This document shows positions 21,900 through 31,930 of a DNA stretch of 64,000 bases, in pieces. The DNA is from a virus. Both the position numbers and the translations under genes were made by a program. Under the pieces are notes generated by a model. That model had not been told where the DNA came from. It was given only the letters and a program-made list of their open reading frames with translations, and ran no database searches. The stretch is taken from IMG/VR virus record IMGVR_UViG_3300042868_005676, positions 3,201 to 67,200 of that record; one strand, given 5' to 3'. Each line of letters begins with the position of its first letter. Positions within the stretch are counted from its first letter, which is position 1.

Positions 21900-22534
21900 T
21901 ATGGTATAGTTGTTATTTTATCGCTACTAAGTTCAACTGGTCTAGTTGTTTTTCTAAACAAGTCAGCAGTAACTAATTGTACAATATCATGCTTTAAATT
22001 AGCATCAACCGGATAAGGATCAGTCGCTCTATTCCAGTTAGCAATAGTAGTAGGATTATTAAAAACTGCTCTAATCATCAAGTATTCTAATTTATTATTG
22101 TTATAAAACATTAATAGATTTCTTCCTTGGTCTAATTGTTTGTAGTCCCACATAATCTCATCGTTTTGCATAACTATACTGTGTCTAGTCAAGGTCGTGT
22201 ATCCTTTTCTTATTCTAGCCCAAGGCTTCATTCCATTAGCATGGCCAACATAAACAAAACCATCGTTTTGTCCATCAAACGTAATTACACTAGGACACTC
22301 GAATGTTATAGTATCACAATCTTTTTCTCTTTCTGTAAAACGATGGTCGATAGTCTGTACCCACGCATCATTTATGAATTTTCCTATTTTAATTAAATAA
22401 CTAGAAATTAAATGCGCTCTGGCAGAATGAATCTTTGTTTCAATATATTCATCGTCATAACGAGATTCGTTATATGACATACCGCCATTCAAGTCGCTTT
22501 TTATTTCGTCTACTATTTCTGATAAATATATCAT
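21899..22534 (-). CDS. Tail ring/tubular protein
   Basis: IRAVFNNP...DPYPVD C-terminal motif typical of crAss-like ring proteins; synteny. Confidence 0.55.
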   Translation of the reverse strand: MIYLSEIVDEIKSDLNGGMSYNESRYDDEYIETKIHSARAHLISSYLIKIGKFINDAWVQTIDHRFTEREKDCDTITFECPSVITFDGQNDGFVYVGHANGMKPWARIRKGYTTLTRHSIVMQNDEIMWDYKQLDQGRNLLMFYNNNKLEYLMIRAVFNNPTTIANWNRATDPYPVDANLKHDIVQLVTADLFRKTTRPVELSSDKITTIP

Positions 22535-23355
22535 TATGGATTTTGAATTATGTCTTGTTGTGCAGATTGCTTAGTTTGGTAATCTTTTGTCTGAGCACCA
22601 AAGTTAAGCACACATTCGTCTAATAAACTATACAAAAACTTCTGAGAGTAATAGTCAGTTAAAAGAACTGCATTGTTTGTAATATCAATATCGTAAGGAG
22701 GAACTCTAAAGTAATCCACCTTTGCAGCATAAGGAGTAGGTGATATTTTTACAGAACGGTTTTTACTAGTTCCGTCATTTAAAAACTCATATCTAGGAGT
22801 AACTATATTCGCCTTGTGGAAAGATCCTGCTTTTCTAGATGATGACATAGGTTTTAATTCAATGTCATAAGCAAAAAAATAAGTTCCTACAGCCGTTGCT
22901 AAGTTTCCACCAGAATCAACAGCCTTGAAATTATTTCCATCAACGAATATAACTGTATAAGTAGTTGCTCCATTAATTACAGTTGACCCTTTTCTTAACT
23001 TGTGATTTACGCTGCTTAAAAGCGTTCCGCTTCCAGTGACAACCAAAGTGTCTCTATAAGTCGCTAGAATACGCATCATGTGCATATAAAAAGGAATCTC
23101 AGAAACTACAGTTGGAGTAGTCTTACCCTTATTTAAAGTACACAATCCAGAAGCTGGCGTAACCGAATACTCGGTAACCATAAAGGCAACCATCTCATCG
23201 GCCTCTTTTTCAAAAGACAAACGATGGTACATTTGATCAACAATTTTATACATAGACTCTTTTATTAATGCCTGAGCCTTTGTATTATCCAAATAAGAAG
23301 AATAATCCTTATCGATTTTTTGTTGAAGATACTGCCAAAATTCTAAACCTGTCAT
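22534..23355 (-). CDS. Head-tail connector/ring protein
   Basis: ATG at 23355, 6 nt after TATATTTG; synteny. Confidence 0.5.
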   Translation of the reverse strand: MTGLEFWQYLQQKIDKDYSSYLDNTKAQALIKESMYKIVDQMYHRLSFEKEADEMVAFMVTEYSVTPASGLCTLNKGKTTPTVVSEIPFYMHMMRILATYRDTLVVTGSGTLLSSVNHKLRKGSTVINGATTYTVIFVDGNNFKAVDSGGNLATAVGTYFFAYDIELKPMSSSRKAGSFHKANIVTPRYEFLNDGTSKNRSVKISPTPYAAKVDYFRVPPYDIDITNNAVLLTDYYSQKFLYSLLDECVLNFGAQTKDYQTKQSAQQDIIQNP

Positions 23356-23372
23356 TATATACAAATATAATA

Positions 23373-23406
23373 AAAAAAGGGCAATTATTTCTAACTACCC
23401 TTTTTA
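23373..23406 (-). terminator. Probable intrinsic terminator
   Basis: AAAAAAAGGG...CCCTTTTT inverted repeat downstream of 23422..24273. Confidence 0.55.
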
Positions 23407-23421
23407 TTATGAAACACAAAA

Positions 23422-24273
23422 TTACTGATTTCCTTCTCTCTTAGCTCTTTTCTTTTCAAATGCTCCAGACGCAGGTAAAAGATTTTTAATCTCTTCCGGT
23501 AATTCTAGGGGATTTAAAGTTTCAAACTTAAGAATAGAATTGGCATCCATCTTATCTACTTCGGGTTTAATATAATTCTCGAACATCTCGCTATCCGAAA
23601 GAATCAAAGAAATTACTGAGTCTTTAGTTGTGCCAGCATTTCTTCCTGCTATCTTATAAACAGAACCTTCTTTGGTTACAATATTATAAGCGATTGCTTT
23701 ATGAGCATAGTCAGTAGCCATTCTTTCAACAGTTCTAATTGTCAAATAATTAAATACTTCGTCTTTCTTAGCGATAGCCATACCGTTAAGAGTTAATCCA
23801 ATTAACTTCAAGTATACTTCTTTTTCGTTCATTCCTCTAGGATCAAGACCTAAAGCAAATGCTAAGTTCATCTGTTCTTCGTAAGACATAGAAGAAACTT
23901 TAGAAACAGCCGTTAACTTTTTCAACAACTCTTCATATTCAACCCTAACCTTTTCAGATTTAATTTCGAATTTGAACTGAGCAGTAACTAAGTTAGGATT
24001 TAAATATCCATCTGTTTCAACAAGCGGATGGTTTTTCCAAAAGTCAAGAACGGCTTTCTGAGAAAAATCATCATCTTCTAGTGTGATTGTCAAGGGCTGA
24101 CCTTCTTCAAAAGTATAATTGAATATACGATCAGTATCCTCTAATGAAGTAACTACTTTCTTTCCAGAAGACAAAAGAAACAATTCTTTGTCAGTTTCTC
24201 TGTTTCTGTAAGAACCCACAACAGATACGTTACCACGAGTTCTGTATGGAATTAATAAGGCTTTAATTTGCAT
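23422..24273 (-). CDS. Conserved head-module protein of unknown function
   Basis: 283-aa ORF with its own TATATTTG promoter, downstream of the capsid genes. Confidence 0.5.
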   Translation of the reverse strand: MQIKALLIPYRTRGNVSVVGSYRNRETDKELFLLSSGKKVVTSLEDTDRIFNYTFEEGQPLTITLEDDDFSQKAVLDFWKNHPLVETDGYLNPNLVTAQFKFEIKSEKVRVEYEELLKKLTAVSKVSSMSYEEQMNLAFALGLDPRGMNEKEVYLKLIGLTLNGMAIAKKDEVFNYLTIRTVERMATDYAHKAIAYNIVTKEGSVYKIAGRNAGTTKDSVISLILSDSEMFENYIKPEVDKMDANSILKFETLNPLELPEEIKNLLPASGAFEKKRAKREGNQ

Positions 24274-24311
24274 AAATATTTACAAATATAAATTATTTTA
24301 TTATAAAATAC

Positions 24312-24342
24312 AAAAAAAGAGGGAGAAAAATCCCCCTCTCTT
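24312..24342 (-). terminator. Intrinsic terminator after capsid operon
   Basis: AAGAGAGGGGGA-TTTT-TCTCCCTCTTTTTTT on the minus strand. Confidence 0.7.
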
Positions 24343-24357
24343 AAAGATTAGTTAAAG

Positions 24358-25122
24358 TTATGACATTACATCAAGGTAGTTAGCAGTTGTGCTAGATCCG
24401 TTAAGGATTGTGCTCAACGCTGTACCATAAGCACCAGAAGTTGTTCCGGCAGTCTCGTCAATGAACAAAGTAATAAGATCAGAACGCTCAGAAACATCAT
24501 CTGCTGAAGTATACTTGAAGGTTTTGAAAGTTACGTTGTAAACATCATAAGATTGTCCAGAAACCGCCTCAGCGATACCTAAAGCAATTAAGTCTGCTCC
24601 TACACCGATACCTTTAACACCAGCGGTGGTATTGGTAATCGCAAGATTTGCACCTTGGTCAGAAACCTCAGCACCGATGATGCTAGGATTTGCAGCAGTA
24701 GCAGTAATGGTAACTGTTCCGCTTGAGTTAGCAGCAGTAGCCTCGAAAGGTAAGTTGTTAATCATCAATGCGATTGCATCACCAACAGTAGTTGCAGTAT
24801 CGCCACTCTTGATTGTATAAGAAATCAAAGAACTGTAAGTATCAGGTAAGTTGTTGTTTAAAGAACTGATGTCTTGAACCAATTGGAAAGAAAAAATATT
24901 TCCTGCGGTCAAAGTACCAGAAACAACAGCAGTTACTACACCTTGTGTAGCAGCAGCACCTTCACCAAATTTTACTTTTTTTACACCATTGTAATCTAAA
25001 GTAACGGTTTTGGTTGTACCGCTGTTTGCATCGTAAACACCAGGAAGACTGATTACACCATTTGCTAATGAAGCGTCTGATGCAGTCCAAGTGCTACGAA
25101 CTAAGTATGTTAAGTTTGCCAT
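24358..25122 (-). CDS. Auxiliary capsid/decoration protein
   Basis: A/T/G/S-rich beta protein directly after the MCP. Confidence 0.55.
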   Translation of the reverse strand: MANLTYLVRSTWTASDASLANGVISLPGVYDANSGTTKTVTLDYNGVKKVKFGEGAAATQGVVTAVVSGTLTAGNIFSFQLVQDISSLNNNLPDTYSSLISYTIKSGDTATTVGDAIALMINNLPFEATAANSSGTVTITATAANPSIIGAEVSDQGANLAITNTTAGVKGIGVGADLIALGIAEAVSGQSYDVYNVTFKTFKYTSADDVSERSDLITLFIDETAGTTSGAYGTALSTILNGSSTTANYLDVMS

Positions 25123-25133
25123 TTTTTTATTTA

Positions 25134-26468
25134 TTAATAAGCGAATTCAATCAGACCCATACGGTCAGCAACACAATACAAACCACAATCAGAAAGAATG
25201 TGGAAGTCTACTCCGTCTACATCACTAGTTCCTAAAGATGCAACTTGAGAACCTCCGATAGCAGCTTTAATAGTGCTAGGATCAGAAGAATCCAAACCAA
25301 TCATACCTGGTACATAGTTAGCAATCAATTCGTCATTGTTGAAGTGATACTTCTGCATAGGAGAGATTGAACCACTACCGTCAGCAGCAGCAACTGGAGT
25401 CATGTCAAGGAAATAGATTGAGTTACTCATTCTAGGTTTACCGTTGATTCCAGAAAGTTCGCTACGGAACATTTCGTCATCTAAGATATTCCAACGAACG
25501 AATTCAATTTCCAAACCAGCATAAGCATATTTCATTACGTTCAAACCAGTAACTGAAGTACCACCAAGGGTATTTGCAGTACCAGCAAATTTAATGTAAT
25601 CACCTAAGATAGTTTGTAAACGACCCATAGCAGCAGATCCCATCAAAGCTACAAGTTTACGTCCACCTTCAGCAGATACACGAACCATTTGCTCTAAGAA
25701 ATCATTGAAAGTGCTTTGAGTCAATTCGCCAGTCAAAGGAAGGTAAGTACCGCCATTGTTGATGATAGACCAACGAAGACCACCAGTAGTGTAATATTCA
25801 CCATAAGGGCCAGTTTTGATTTGTCTTTCAGAGAAAGCATATTTATACTCTAATTGCTTAGCGAACGCTTTCAAAGTAAGATCGTCATAACTTCTCCACC
25901 AGAAATCACCGCTCCATTTTACGAATGAACCAGTACGATCTCTACGTGCTTGATGTGAACTTTCACGAGTTACAGCAGTCAAAGCAAAATCAGTGTCAGG
26001 AGTGTAGTTCAAAGTGCTCTTACCGAAAGAAGAACGGTTAGGAGAAGCATCGAAGAATCTTTTCGCTGTGTGATTTAACGCAAAGTGTGATGAAGTGAAG
26101 CTACCAACACTGTGAGGAACTAAAGTAATACTACCAGCAGCAATATTAACATCAGTAACCAAACCTTGTACTAAGTTAGCATCAGCAACGATATCACCAA
26201 TACGGAATTTAGAAGCATCAGTTACACCAACTACACCAGTAGATGTGTTTATTGCAACGTTAACTTTAGAGAAAACACCCAAGTTACCCAAAGAAGAAAC
26301 CTCAATCTTCGCTTGTGCAGAAGTAATTGAAGGAGCTAATTTAGAAGTTAATTGAGTCAAAACGTTATACCCATAATCTTGAGCATACACCATTGCCATT
26401 TTGTTAGGCAAAGAAAGTCCTTTAAGTAAAAGTGATTGACTTAAAGGAAGATTAGTTGCGGTTGCCAT
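25134..26468 (-). CDS. Major capsid protein
   Basis: 444 aa. AFAKQLEYKYAF...YTTGGLRW HK97-fold-like segment; portal-scaffold-MCP order; strong codon bias. Confidence 0.75.
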   Translation of the reverse strand: MATATNLPLSQSLLLKGLSLPNKMAMVYAQDYGYNVLTQLTSKLAPSITSAQAKIEVSSLGNLGVFSKVNVAINTSTGVVGVTDASKFRIGDIVADANLVQGLVTDVNIAAGSITLVPHSVGSFTSSHFALNHTAKRFFDASPNRSSFGKSTLNYTPDTDFALTAVTRESSHQARRDRTGSFVKWSGDFWWRSYDDLTLKAFAKQLEYKYAFSERQIKTGPYGEYYTTGGLRWSIINNGGTYLPLTGELTQSTFNDFLEQMVRVSAEGGRKLVALMGSAAMGRLQTILGDYIKFAGTANTLGGTSVTGLNVMKYAYAGLEIEFVRWNILDDEMFRSELSGINGKPRMSNSIYFLDMTPVAAADGSGSISPMQKYHFNNDELIANYVPGMIGLDSSDPSTIKAAIGGSQVASLGTSDVDGVDFHILSDCGLYCVADRMGLIEFAY

Positions 26469-26502
26469 TGTTTTTTTTTATTTTGTGTTTTTTTGTTTGT
26501 GT

Positions 26503-27423
26503 TTAGTTTCCAGAAAATCTGGAATCAAAGGCATCTTGTATAGCCTCAAGTCCTGAGCCAGCACTACGAGCATTAGAATTAGAATTTTTACTAGGATTGG
26601 TCACCTCCTTAATTACTTGTTCACGTCCTTCATTTTTTGCTTTCGTAATGTTAGCCTTTACTAAGTCTCCTCCGTGCTTTAACCATAAAGCAACAGAATA
26701 AACTTTTTCGATGTCGAAAGAACCATCTTCTCTTTGTAAGCTGAACTCTTCATTTATGAACTTCTTAAGATCCTTTGACATTTCGTCAGTCACTTTTAAT
26801 CCATAAACTTCCTTTCCAACAATACCTTGAGAGTACTGATCCATTTCTTGCTCGTATTTAGCAGTCATGGCCTTTCTTTGCCCTTCCATTTGTTCATTAG
26901 AACCTGTCAATTGTTTCAATTTCATTTGGTTCTCTTGTTCAAACTTTATCTTAAAGTTTTCGGCCCACTGTTTCTTTTGGAATATAGAAGCGTTATCGTA
27001 TTCATACACCGCTTGCTCGGTTTCTTCCGGAGTCAAGTTCATGTACTTCTTTAACCCTTCTTTTACAAACTGATCATCTGACCACTTAGTTAAGTCCTCG
27101 ATTTGATAATCCTTAACTAGATCAGAAAGACTTTTTCCGTTTTTCTTATACTCCATAAGGAGTTTAATTTCTTCGTCAATAGCCTCTTGCTCAGTTATTT
27201 TCTGCTCGGTTGTTTTTGTTTCTGTTTCTTGTTTTTGTTCCCACCAAGGAATTTCTTCTTTCGTTTCTGTTTGAGTCTCATTTGTGTTCTGAGTCTCTTG
27301 TGTTTCTACTTCTTGCTCTGTAGTTTCAACTACTTCTTGAGGAGTTTCAACTACTTCTTGAGTTTCAGTAGGTTGTTCTGCTTTTAATTGAGCAGCCATT
27401 TGTTCAAAAAATTCGTTTGACAT
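26503..27423 (-). CDS. Scaffold-like protein
   Basis: Acidic E/T/Q-rich N-terminus with QEVVET repeats, helical, between portal and MCP. Confidence 0.55.
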   Translation of the reverse strand: MSNEFFEQMAAQLKAEQPTETQEVVETPQEVVETTEQEVETQETQNTNETQTETKEEIPWWEQKQETETKTTEQKITEQEAIDEEIKLLMEYKKNGKSLSDLVKDYQIEDLTKWSDDQFVKEGLKKYMNLTPEETEQAVYEYDNASIFQKKQWAENFKIKFEQENQMKLKQLTGSNEQMEGQRKAMTAKYEQEMDQYSQGIVGKEVYGLKVTDEMSKDLKKFINEEFSLQREDGSFDIEKVYSVALWLKHGGDLVKANITKAKNEGREQVIKEVTNPSKNSNSNARSAGSGLEAIQDAFDSRFSGN

Positions 27424-27435
27424 ATATTGTTTTTT

Positions 27436-29631
27436 TTATTGTTGCGCTTGGTCTTCCGGAATTTGTTGTGAAGAAGATGCTTCTTCATCTAATGCTTTAC
27501 CCATTGCTAATTGAGACATTTGACTTTCTGCATCTAACTGCTTTCTGTAATTTGCTCCTTCTTCTTTCATTCCTGCAAGTTGTTGTTGCTGAGACATCTG
27601 CTGTTCCGCTTGAGCTTGCTGCATCATCTGCATCATTGCTTGCTGTTTCTCAGCATCTCGTTTTTTCTTATTCAAACTGTACTCCAACTCAGAAATTAAT
27701 TCGCTGTAAGTTTTAGCCTTTTCGATAGCTAGATAATCTAGCATATCAATCATTTGGTTTTGCATTGATGCCTGAGCCAAAGAAAGAATTCTCTCTCTTG
27801 CAGCATCATCAATAAAGTCTTTAACTTTAATGTAAACTCCTAATTCTTCGAACTGAAAATCTTTAACGATTTTTAAGTACTCTTTTCCTCTTGATCCAAC
27901 AACAGGAATATCATTTTCATCTTCCCCTGTTAAAGAGATTTTGTACTGATTTAGAGCGAATGCTAATTGTTTCTCGATGAACTGAATAAATCCTTGATAC
28001 AAGTATGTAGTTCCTAAATTTGATTGTGCGATAGTTCCCGCTTGAGTTTTTGCTCCAACATATCCAGACTGCTGACCTAATGCAACCTTTGGAATATTCA
28101 CAATCTCTTCCATTAGACGTTCTTCTTCTCTTCTCAAAGAGATTAGTTGTTGAACGTTAGGATCTAATGTCATGTCTACAACTTCTACAAGTTTTGCTTC
28201 CTGTCCTGCTACATAGTCTTCTCCTGTGGCACTACCATCGGTGATGTGCATACCCATTCTTTCGAAATCTGATATTACATCTTGAGCCGTTGAAGTTCCT
28301 AACTTTTGACGATTGATAAGATACACTTTGCCTTTCGCACGTGTCATCATCTTTGTAATCTCATTAGTTATGAAGTCGATTCTGTCTTGGTGCTGATGTA
28401 GTCTTGACACAACACTTTTGTTTTCTCCCATGACCATGTTGGGTAAAAACACTTTTAGTGGTAATTCTACATCTCCAGGATTATCATGCTTACGAACGAT
28501 GTTCGTTGCTTCTTTGTTATCAACAATATACTTGTTTCCAATTACTGTACTTTCGTATATTGTCTTTGTCCAAAATGAGCCTTTTTTATCTTTACGCATT
28601 TTAGCGTAGTGTGTATTTCCGAACTTGTCGTTTGTTTTTTCATAACGCAAGTCTTTCATACCTACCCAGTAACCAGTTACACACGCAAGAACAGGTAAGT
28701 TGTTCAGATTGAACGCCCATGTAGTTGCATAAGGATGCGTGGTTAAATCTAATAATTGATAAAGATTGTTAGAGTTTAATTTCTTTAATTCTGAAATCTC
28801 CTCTATTGTTAAACTGTCTTGGTATCTTTCAATAACATCTGAGACCGTTAACCAATCTATTTTTCCAACAAATCGGGCCTCGGAATTAAAATCGTCATCT
28901 TTAGATTTATCTACAATAAGATTCTGAGGAAGGATAATATCAAAATATTGTTTTGCATTCTCTACTCTATTCTCGATACCTACGTATCCTCCCAATAGAG
29001 TATATAAAAACGCTTGTTTGTATTTATTTAAAAAATCATTACGATTAAGAATATCCTCACACATACGCTCAGCAAGAATTTCTGCGTTCTCTCTGTAATC
29101 ATACTCCATGTATCTATGTACTGCTTCTGGAGTTTCAAGTTCGTCTGTTTTAGGTCCTAATGGTCTATACTTAATTCCAAACTCATTTAGAACATCCATT
29201 AGTTCCGGGGCTTGAAATTTAAGCAGGCTTTTTTCAAGTAGCTGAGTTTTTTTATTTACTGCTGCTTTACTTTGCGCCTTGACACTAGGTTCAATATTCT
29301 GAATCATCTTGATTGCATTACCAACCATGTAATCAACCAAAGAGGTGATTTTTTGGCCGTTTATCCAAACTGTCGGTAAGTCGCAATTATTTTGGTCTTG
29401 AGTTGTGTAATAATAATCTTTGTTGTATTGTCTCCCTAAGTAATAAGTAAACATTCTTACAACTTCATCGATGGGTTTTTCTAGAACTTGAGTCGATCTA
29501 ATTCTTGTTATTCTATCGTTGCGCTTATTAAAATGAGATAAGATAAAAGAAACATTTTCCTTATACCAGGATTTGTTTTTTTCTCCTTCACTGATAAATT
29601 GATTTGGTTGCGCCTTAAGAGTAAATGCCAT
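27436..29631 (-). CDS. Portal protein
   Basis: 731 aa, crAss-like portal features (FPxQ-like start, EKNKSWYK, NIPKVALGQ, Q-rich C-terminal coil). Confidence 0.8.
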   Translation of the reverse strand: MAFTLKAQPNQFISEGEKNKSWYKENVSFILSHFNKRNDRITRIRSTQVLEKPIDEVVRMFTYYLGRQYNKDYYYTTQDQNNCDLPTVWINGQKITSLVDYMVGNAIKMIQNIEPSVKAQSKAAVNKKTQLLEKSLLKFQAPELMDVLNEFGIKYRPLGPKTDELETPEAVHRYMEYDYRENAEILAERMCEDILNRNDFLNKYKQAFLYTLLGGYVGIENRVENAKQYFDIILPQNLIVDKSKDDDFNSEARFVGKIDWLTVSDVIERYQDSLTIEEISELKKLNSNNLYQLLDLTTHPYATTWAFNLNNLPVLACVTGYWVGMKDLRYEKTNDKFGNTHYAKMRKDKKGSFWTKTIYESTVIGNKYIVDNKEATNIVRKHDNPGDVELPLKVFLPNMVMGENKSVVSRLHQHQDRIDFITNEITKMMTRAKGKVYLINRQKLGTSTAQDVISDFERMGMHITDGSATGEDYVAGQEAKLVEVVDMTLDPNVQQLISLRREEERLMEEIVNIPKVALGQQSGYVGAKTQAGTIAQSNLGTTYLYQGFIQFIEKQLAFALNQYKISLTGEDENDIPVVGSRGKEYLKIVKDFQFEELGVYIKVKDFIDDAARERILSLAQASMQNQMIDMLDYLAIEKAKTYSELISELEYSLNKKKRDAEKQQAMMQMMQQAQAEQQMSQQQQLAGMKEEGANYRKQLDAESQMSQLAMGKALDEEASSSQQIPEDQAQQ

Positions 29632-29689
29632 TTATATTACAAATGTATGAAATTTTATTGAAAAAACACAATTTTTCATTTAGAATAAA

Positions 29690-29952
29690 ATTCTTCTAAG
29701 TAAAAGTTAATTTTAACTTCTTTACTTATCTCTAATACTCTGATATCCTTATACTCTGATATCGTAGTAGTAGTAATAATGCTTGCTTGATGAGACACTG
29801 ATAAACCATACCCCCCTTTCCCCCCTTTCCATAAAAACGCTTTAAAACGTTTTCTTGAAAATTGGTTCAGGTGGTAGTGGTTGCCTCATCAATTGCTTGC
29901 TCGACTTCGCCACACAGTCCGATAACATACCCCCATTACAAAATAAGGACTG
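29690..29952 (-). ncRNA. Candidate structured ncRNA
   Basis: TATATTTG promoter at ~29958-29965, no sizeable ORF, several nested complementary helices. Confidence 0.4.
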
Positions 29953-30008
29953 CGGTGCAAATATATTATTATTTTTTGAAGTAAAGCAAGCATTGTTGAT
30001 ATTTTTTT

Positions 30009-30395
30009 TTAAAACATCATGTGACGAGGAGTTAACTTTCTGATTCTGAATTCGATAAACTCAAAATTTTTCTGTACTAATTGTTTCTCAACGATTAATC
30101 TGAAGATATATTTGTCGTTGAAATTGAATTTTTTCTGTAGTACATCGATAAAGGGTTTGACTATATTATCAATATCTGAGGCCATATTACTTAGCCCTAC
30201 GGTTAAATCTAGTTCGATAGGTACTTTATCCCAATTTAACTCAATGGTTTCTAGTTTAAATAGCAATTCTAATTCGTATGCTGCATATTTTTTAGATTTA
30301 AATCTTTTGCCTTGCCAGGCTTCATTAACCGATAGCGGTTTAATATTGACTCTGTTTGAATAGAGCAGCGTAGTTACTTTTGAGTTGTTCTCCAT
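30009..30395 (-). CDS. RusA-like Holliday junction resolvase
   Basis: KPLSVN and SDIDNIVKPFIDVLQ...FNDK catalytic motifs. Confidence 0.8.
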   Translation of the reverse strand: MENNSKVTTLLYSNRVNIKPLSVNEAWQGKRFKSKKYAAYELELLFKLETIELNWDKVPIELDLTVGLSNMASDIDNIVKPFIDVLQKKFNFNDKYIFRLIVEKQLVQKNFEFIEFRIRKLTPRHMMF

Positions 30396-30753
30396 AAGCT
30401 TCGAGGTCGTGAAATAATAATAGTTCGGCTGGGATGCCGTAAAACATAGACATGATTAGTACAAACTTCATGTTGTAAACATCTTGCTTATCAGAATAAA
30501 ACTTTAGGTATGCGTCATCTACATCGATACCCATAAACTCTTTGATATTTGATTTAACTGGCGAGGTTTTATATTTCGCCACTAGGAAGTGAATATTCTT
30601 AAAGAAACGATCCTTTATAACTTTTTGATTTTGTTTTATTTTTAAGCTATAGTATTCTTTTCTTACTTCGGATATCTTTGAGATTTCAAGTATTGGACTG
30701 AGACCTAATTTTTTTATTTCGATTGTTTTTTTATCTAATTCATCGAATGTCAT
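30340..30753 (-). CDS. Hypothetical, possible HTH regulator
   Basis: 137-aa ORF; MSMFYGIPAELLL resembles an XRE C-terminus. Confidence 0.35.
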   Translation of the reverse strand: MTFDELDKKTIEIKKLGLSPILEISKISEVRKEYYSLKIKQNQKVIKDRFFKNIHFLVAKYKTSPVKSNIKEFMGIDVDDAYLKFYSDKQDVYNMKFVLIMSMFYGIPAELLLFHDLEAYGEQLKSNYAALFKQSQY

Positions 30754-30989
30754 GCTGTAGCAACATTAAACTCGTTTAGAAACTTTTGATTTTCGTCAAT
30801 ACATTTTTTAGCTTCTGATAATACCAAGATCATTTTTTGATTGTCAATCAATGACTTGCCGTTGATAATGTTGTATACATCATACTGTCTGATGTTATAC
30901 TTTTCTACTTTTTCTACAATTCTAGCCAAATCGCCTCTGCGTAATTTGCTTTTCATTTCTAGAATTTTTTCTTTTAGTTCCTTGTTCAT
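30750..30989 (-). CDS. Small putative DNA-binding protein
   Basis: LRRGDLARIVEK...YDVYNIING is HTH-like; divergent from the SSB gene. Confidence 0.4.
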   Translation of the reverse strand: MNKELKEKILEMKSKLRRGDLARIVEKVEKYNIRQYDVYNIINGKSLIDNQKMILVLSEAKKCIDENQKFLNEFNVATA

Positions 30990-31079
30990 AATTTTGTCTG
31001 AAATATTATACAATTTTACAGAAAATATTTGGATTTTCAAAATTTCGCCTTTACATTTGCATCATATAACTATAAAAAA

Positions 31080-31688
31080 ATGGGATTAGTAACTGAAAAA
31101 ACCAAAAAAACGTATTTACAAATTCGTGATGGTAAGGTAGCAAAATGGAACGGTACTGAAAATGAATTGTTTCATTCTGTAATTGGTCAAATTGTCGGCA
31201 TCTCAACTAGAGACCACACTTATGGCACAGACTTGTGTATTGATTTGAAAGATGACAAAGAAACTTTTCAACTTCAAATTAGAATCAAAGGAGCTGATGC
31301 AGACTCTAAACAAACATCTTATTTTATTGCTTTTGCACACTGTGCTCCTGCAATTGATGTTTCAAAGCCTGTAGAATTTACTCCGTTTTTAAAAGTAGAA
31401 AACGACAAGAAAAAGAGTGCTCTATTTTTAAGACAGGGTTTGGAAAACTTAAAGTGGGCCTACAAGGTAGGAGACGAAGGCATTCCTAAGCCAGAAGAGG
31501 TATTCAACAAAAAGGGTGAGTTGGTAGCAACTGACTGGAGCGAGGTTGAGATTTTTCGTATGAACAAGGTCAATGAACTTGCTCAGAGAGCTAATGAATA
31601 TTCAAAAGCTATTAATTTTGACATTCCGTCAGAAAAGATTGTAGATGAAGTATTCGATGAACAATCCGCTGACGATTTACCATTCTAA
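31080..31688 (+). CDS. Single-stranded DNA-binding protein
   Basis: Acidic tail ending SADDLPF; TACATTTG promoter at ~31051; adjacent to the exonuclease. Confidence 0.65.
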   Translation: MGLVTEKTKKTYLQIRDGKVAKWNGTENELFHSVIGQIVGISTRDHTYGTDLCIDLKDDKETFQLQIRIKGADADSKQTSYFIAFAHCAPAIDVSKPVEFTPFLKVENDKKKSALFLRQGLENLKWAYKVGDEGIPKPEEVFNKKGELVATDWSEVEIFRMNKVNELAQRANEYSKAINFDIPSEKIVDEVFDEQSADDLPF

Positions 31689-31690
31689 TT

Positions 31691-31930
31691 ATGGCAAGAG
31701 GAGTAAGTAACAAAGAACTTACTGACAAGATTGCAACTAAGGTTGAACCTGCTCATATGAAACACTATGGGCAGGAACAACAGTCAATCATTCGTCAGTC
31801 AAGTTTAAAGGCAGCAGTTAATCATATTGATAATTTGCTACCAAAATTAAATGGTGAGTTTAACGTTACAGATATCAGAGGTCTTATTTTAGAAACTGCT
31901 GAGGCTTTTGAACAATGGGTTTGCAGATAG
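31691..31930 (+). CDS. Small recombination-module protein
   Basis: IIRQSSLKAAV motif, between SSB and exonuclease. Confidence 0.45.
   Translation: MARGVSNKELTDKIATKVEPAHMKHYGQEQQSIIRQSSLKAAVNHIDNLLPKLNGEFNVTDIRGLILETAEAFEQWVCR

Noticed and set aside
27417-27716. ORF listed over the portal 3' end
   Set aside because: It overlaps the Q-rich portal tail and has no recognisable features, so it is treated as a shadow ORF.
3631-28609. Numerous short plus-strand ORFs opposite the structural genes
   Set aside because: They are antisense shadows of long minus-strand genes, with no motifs or expression signals.
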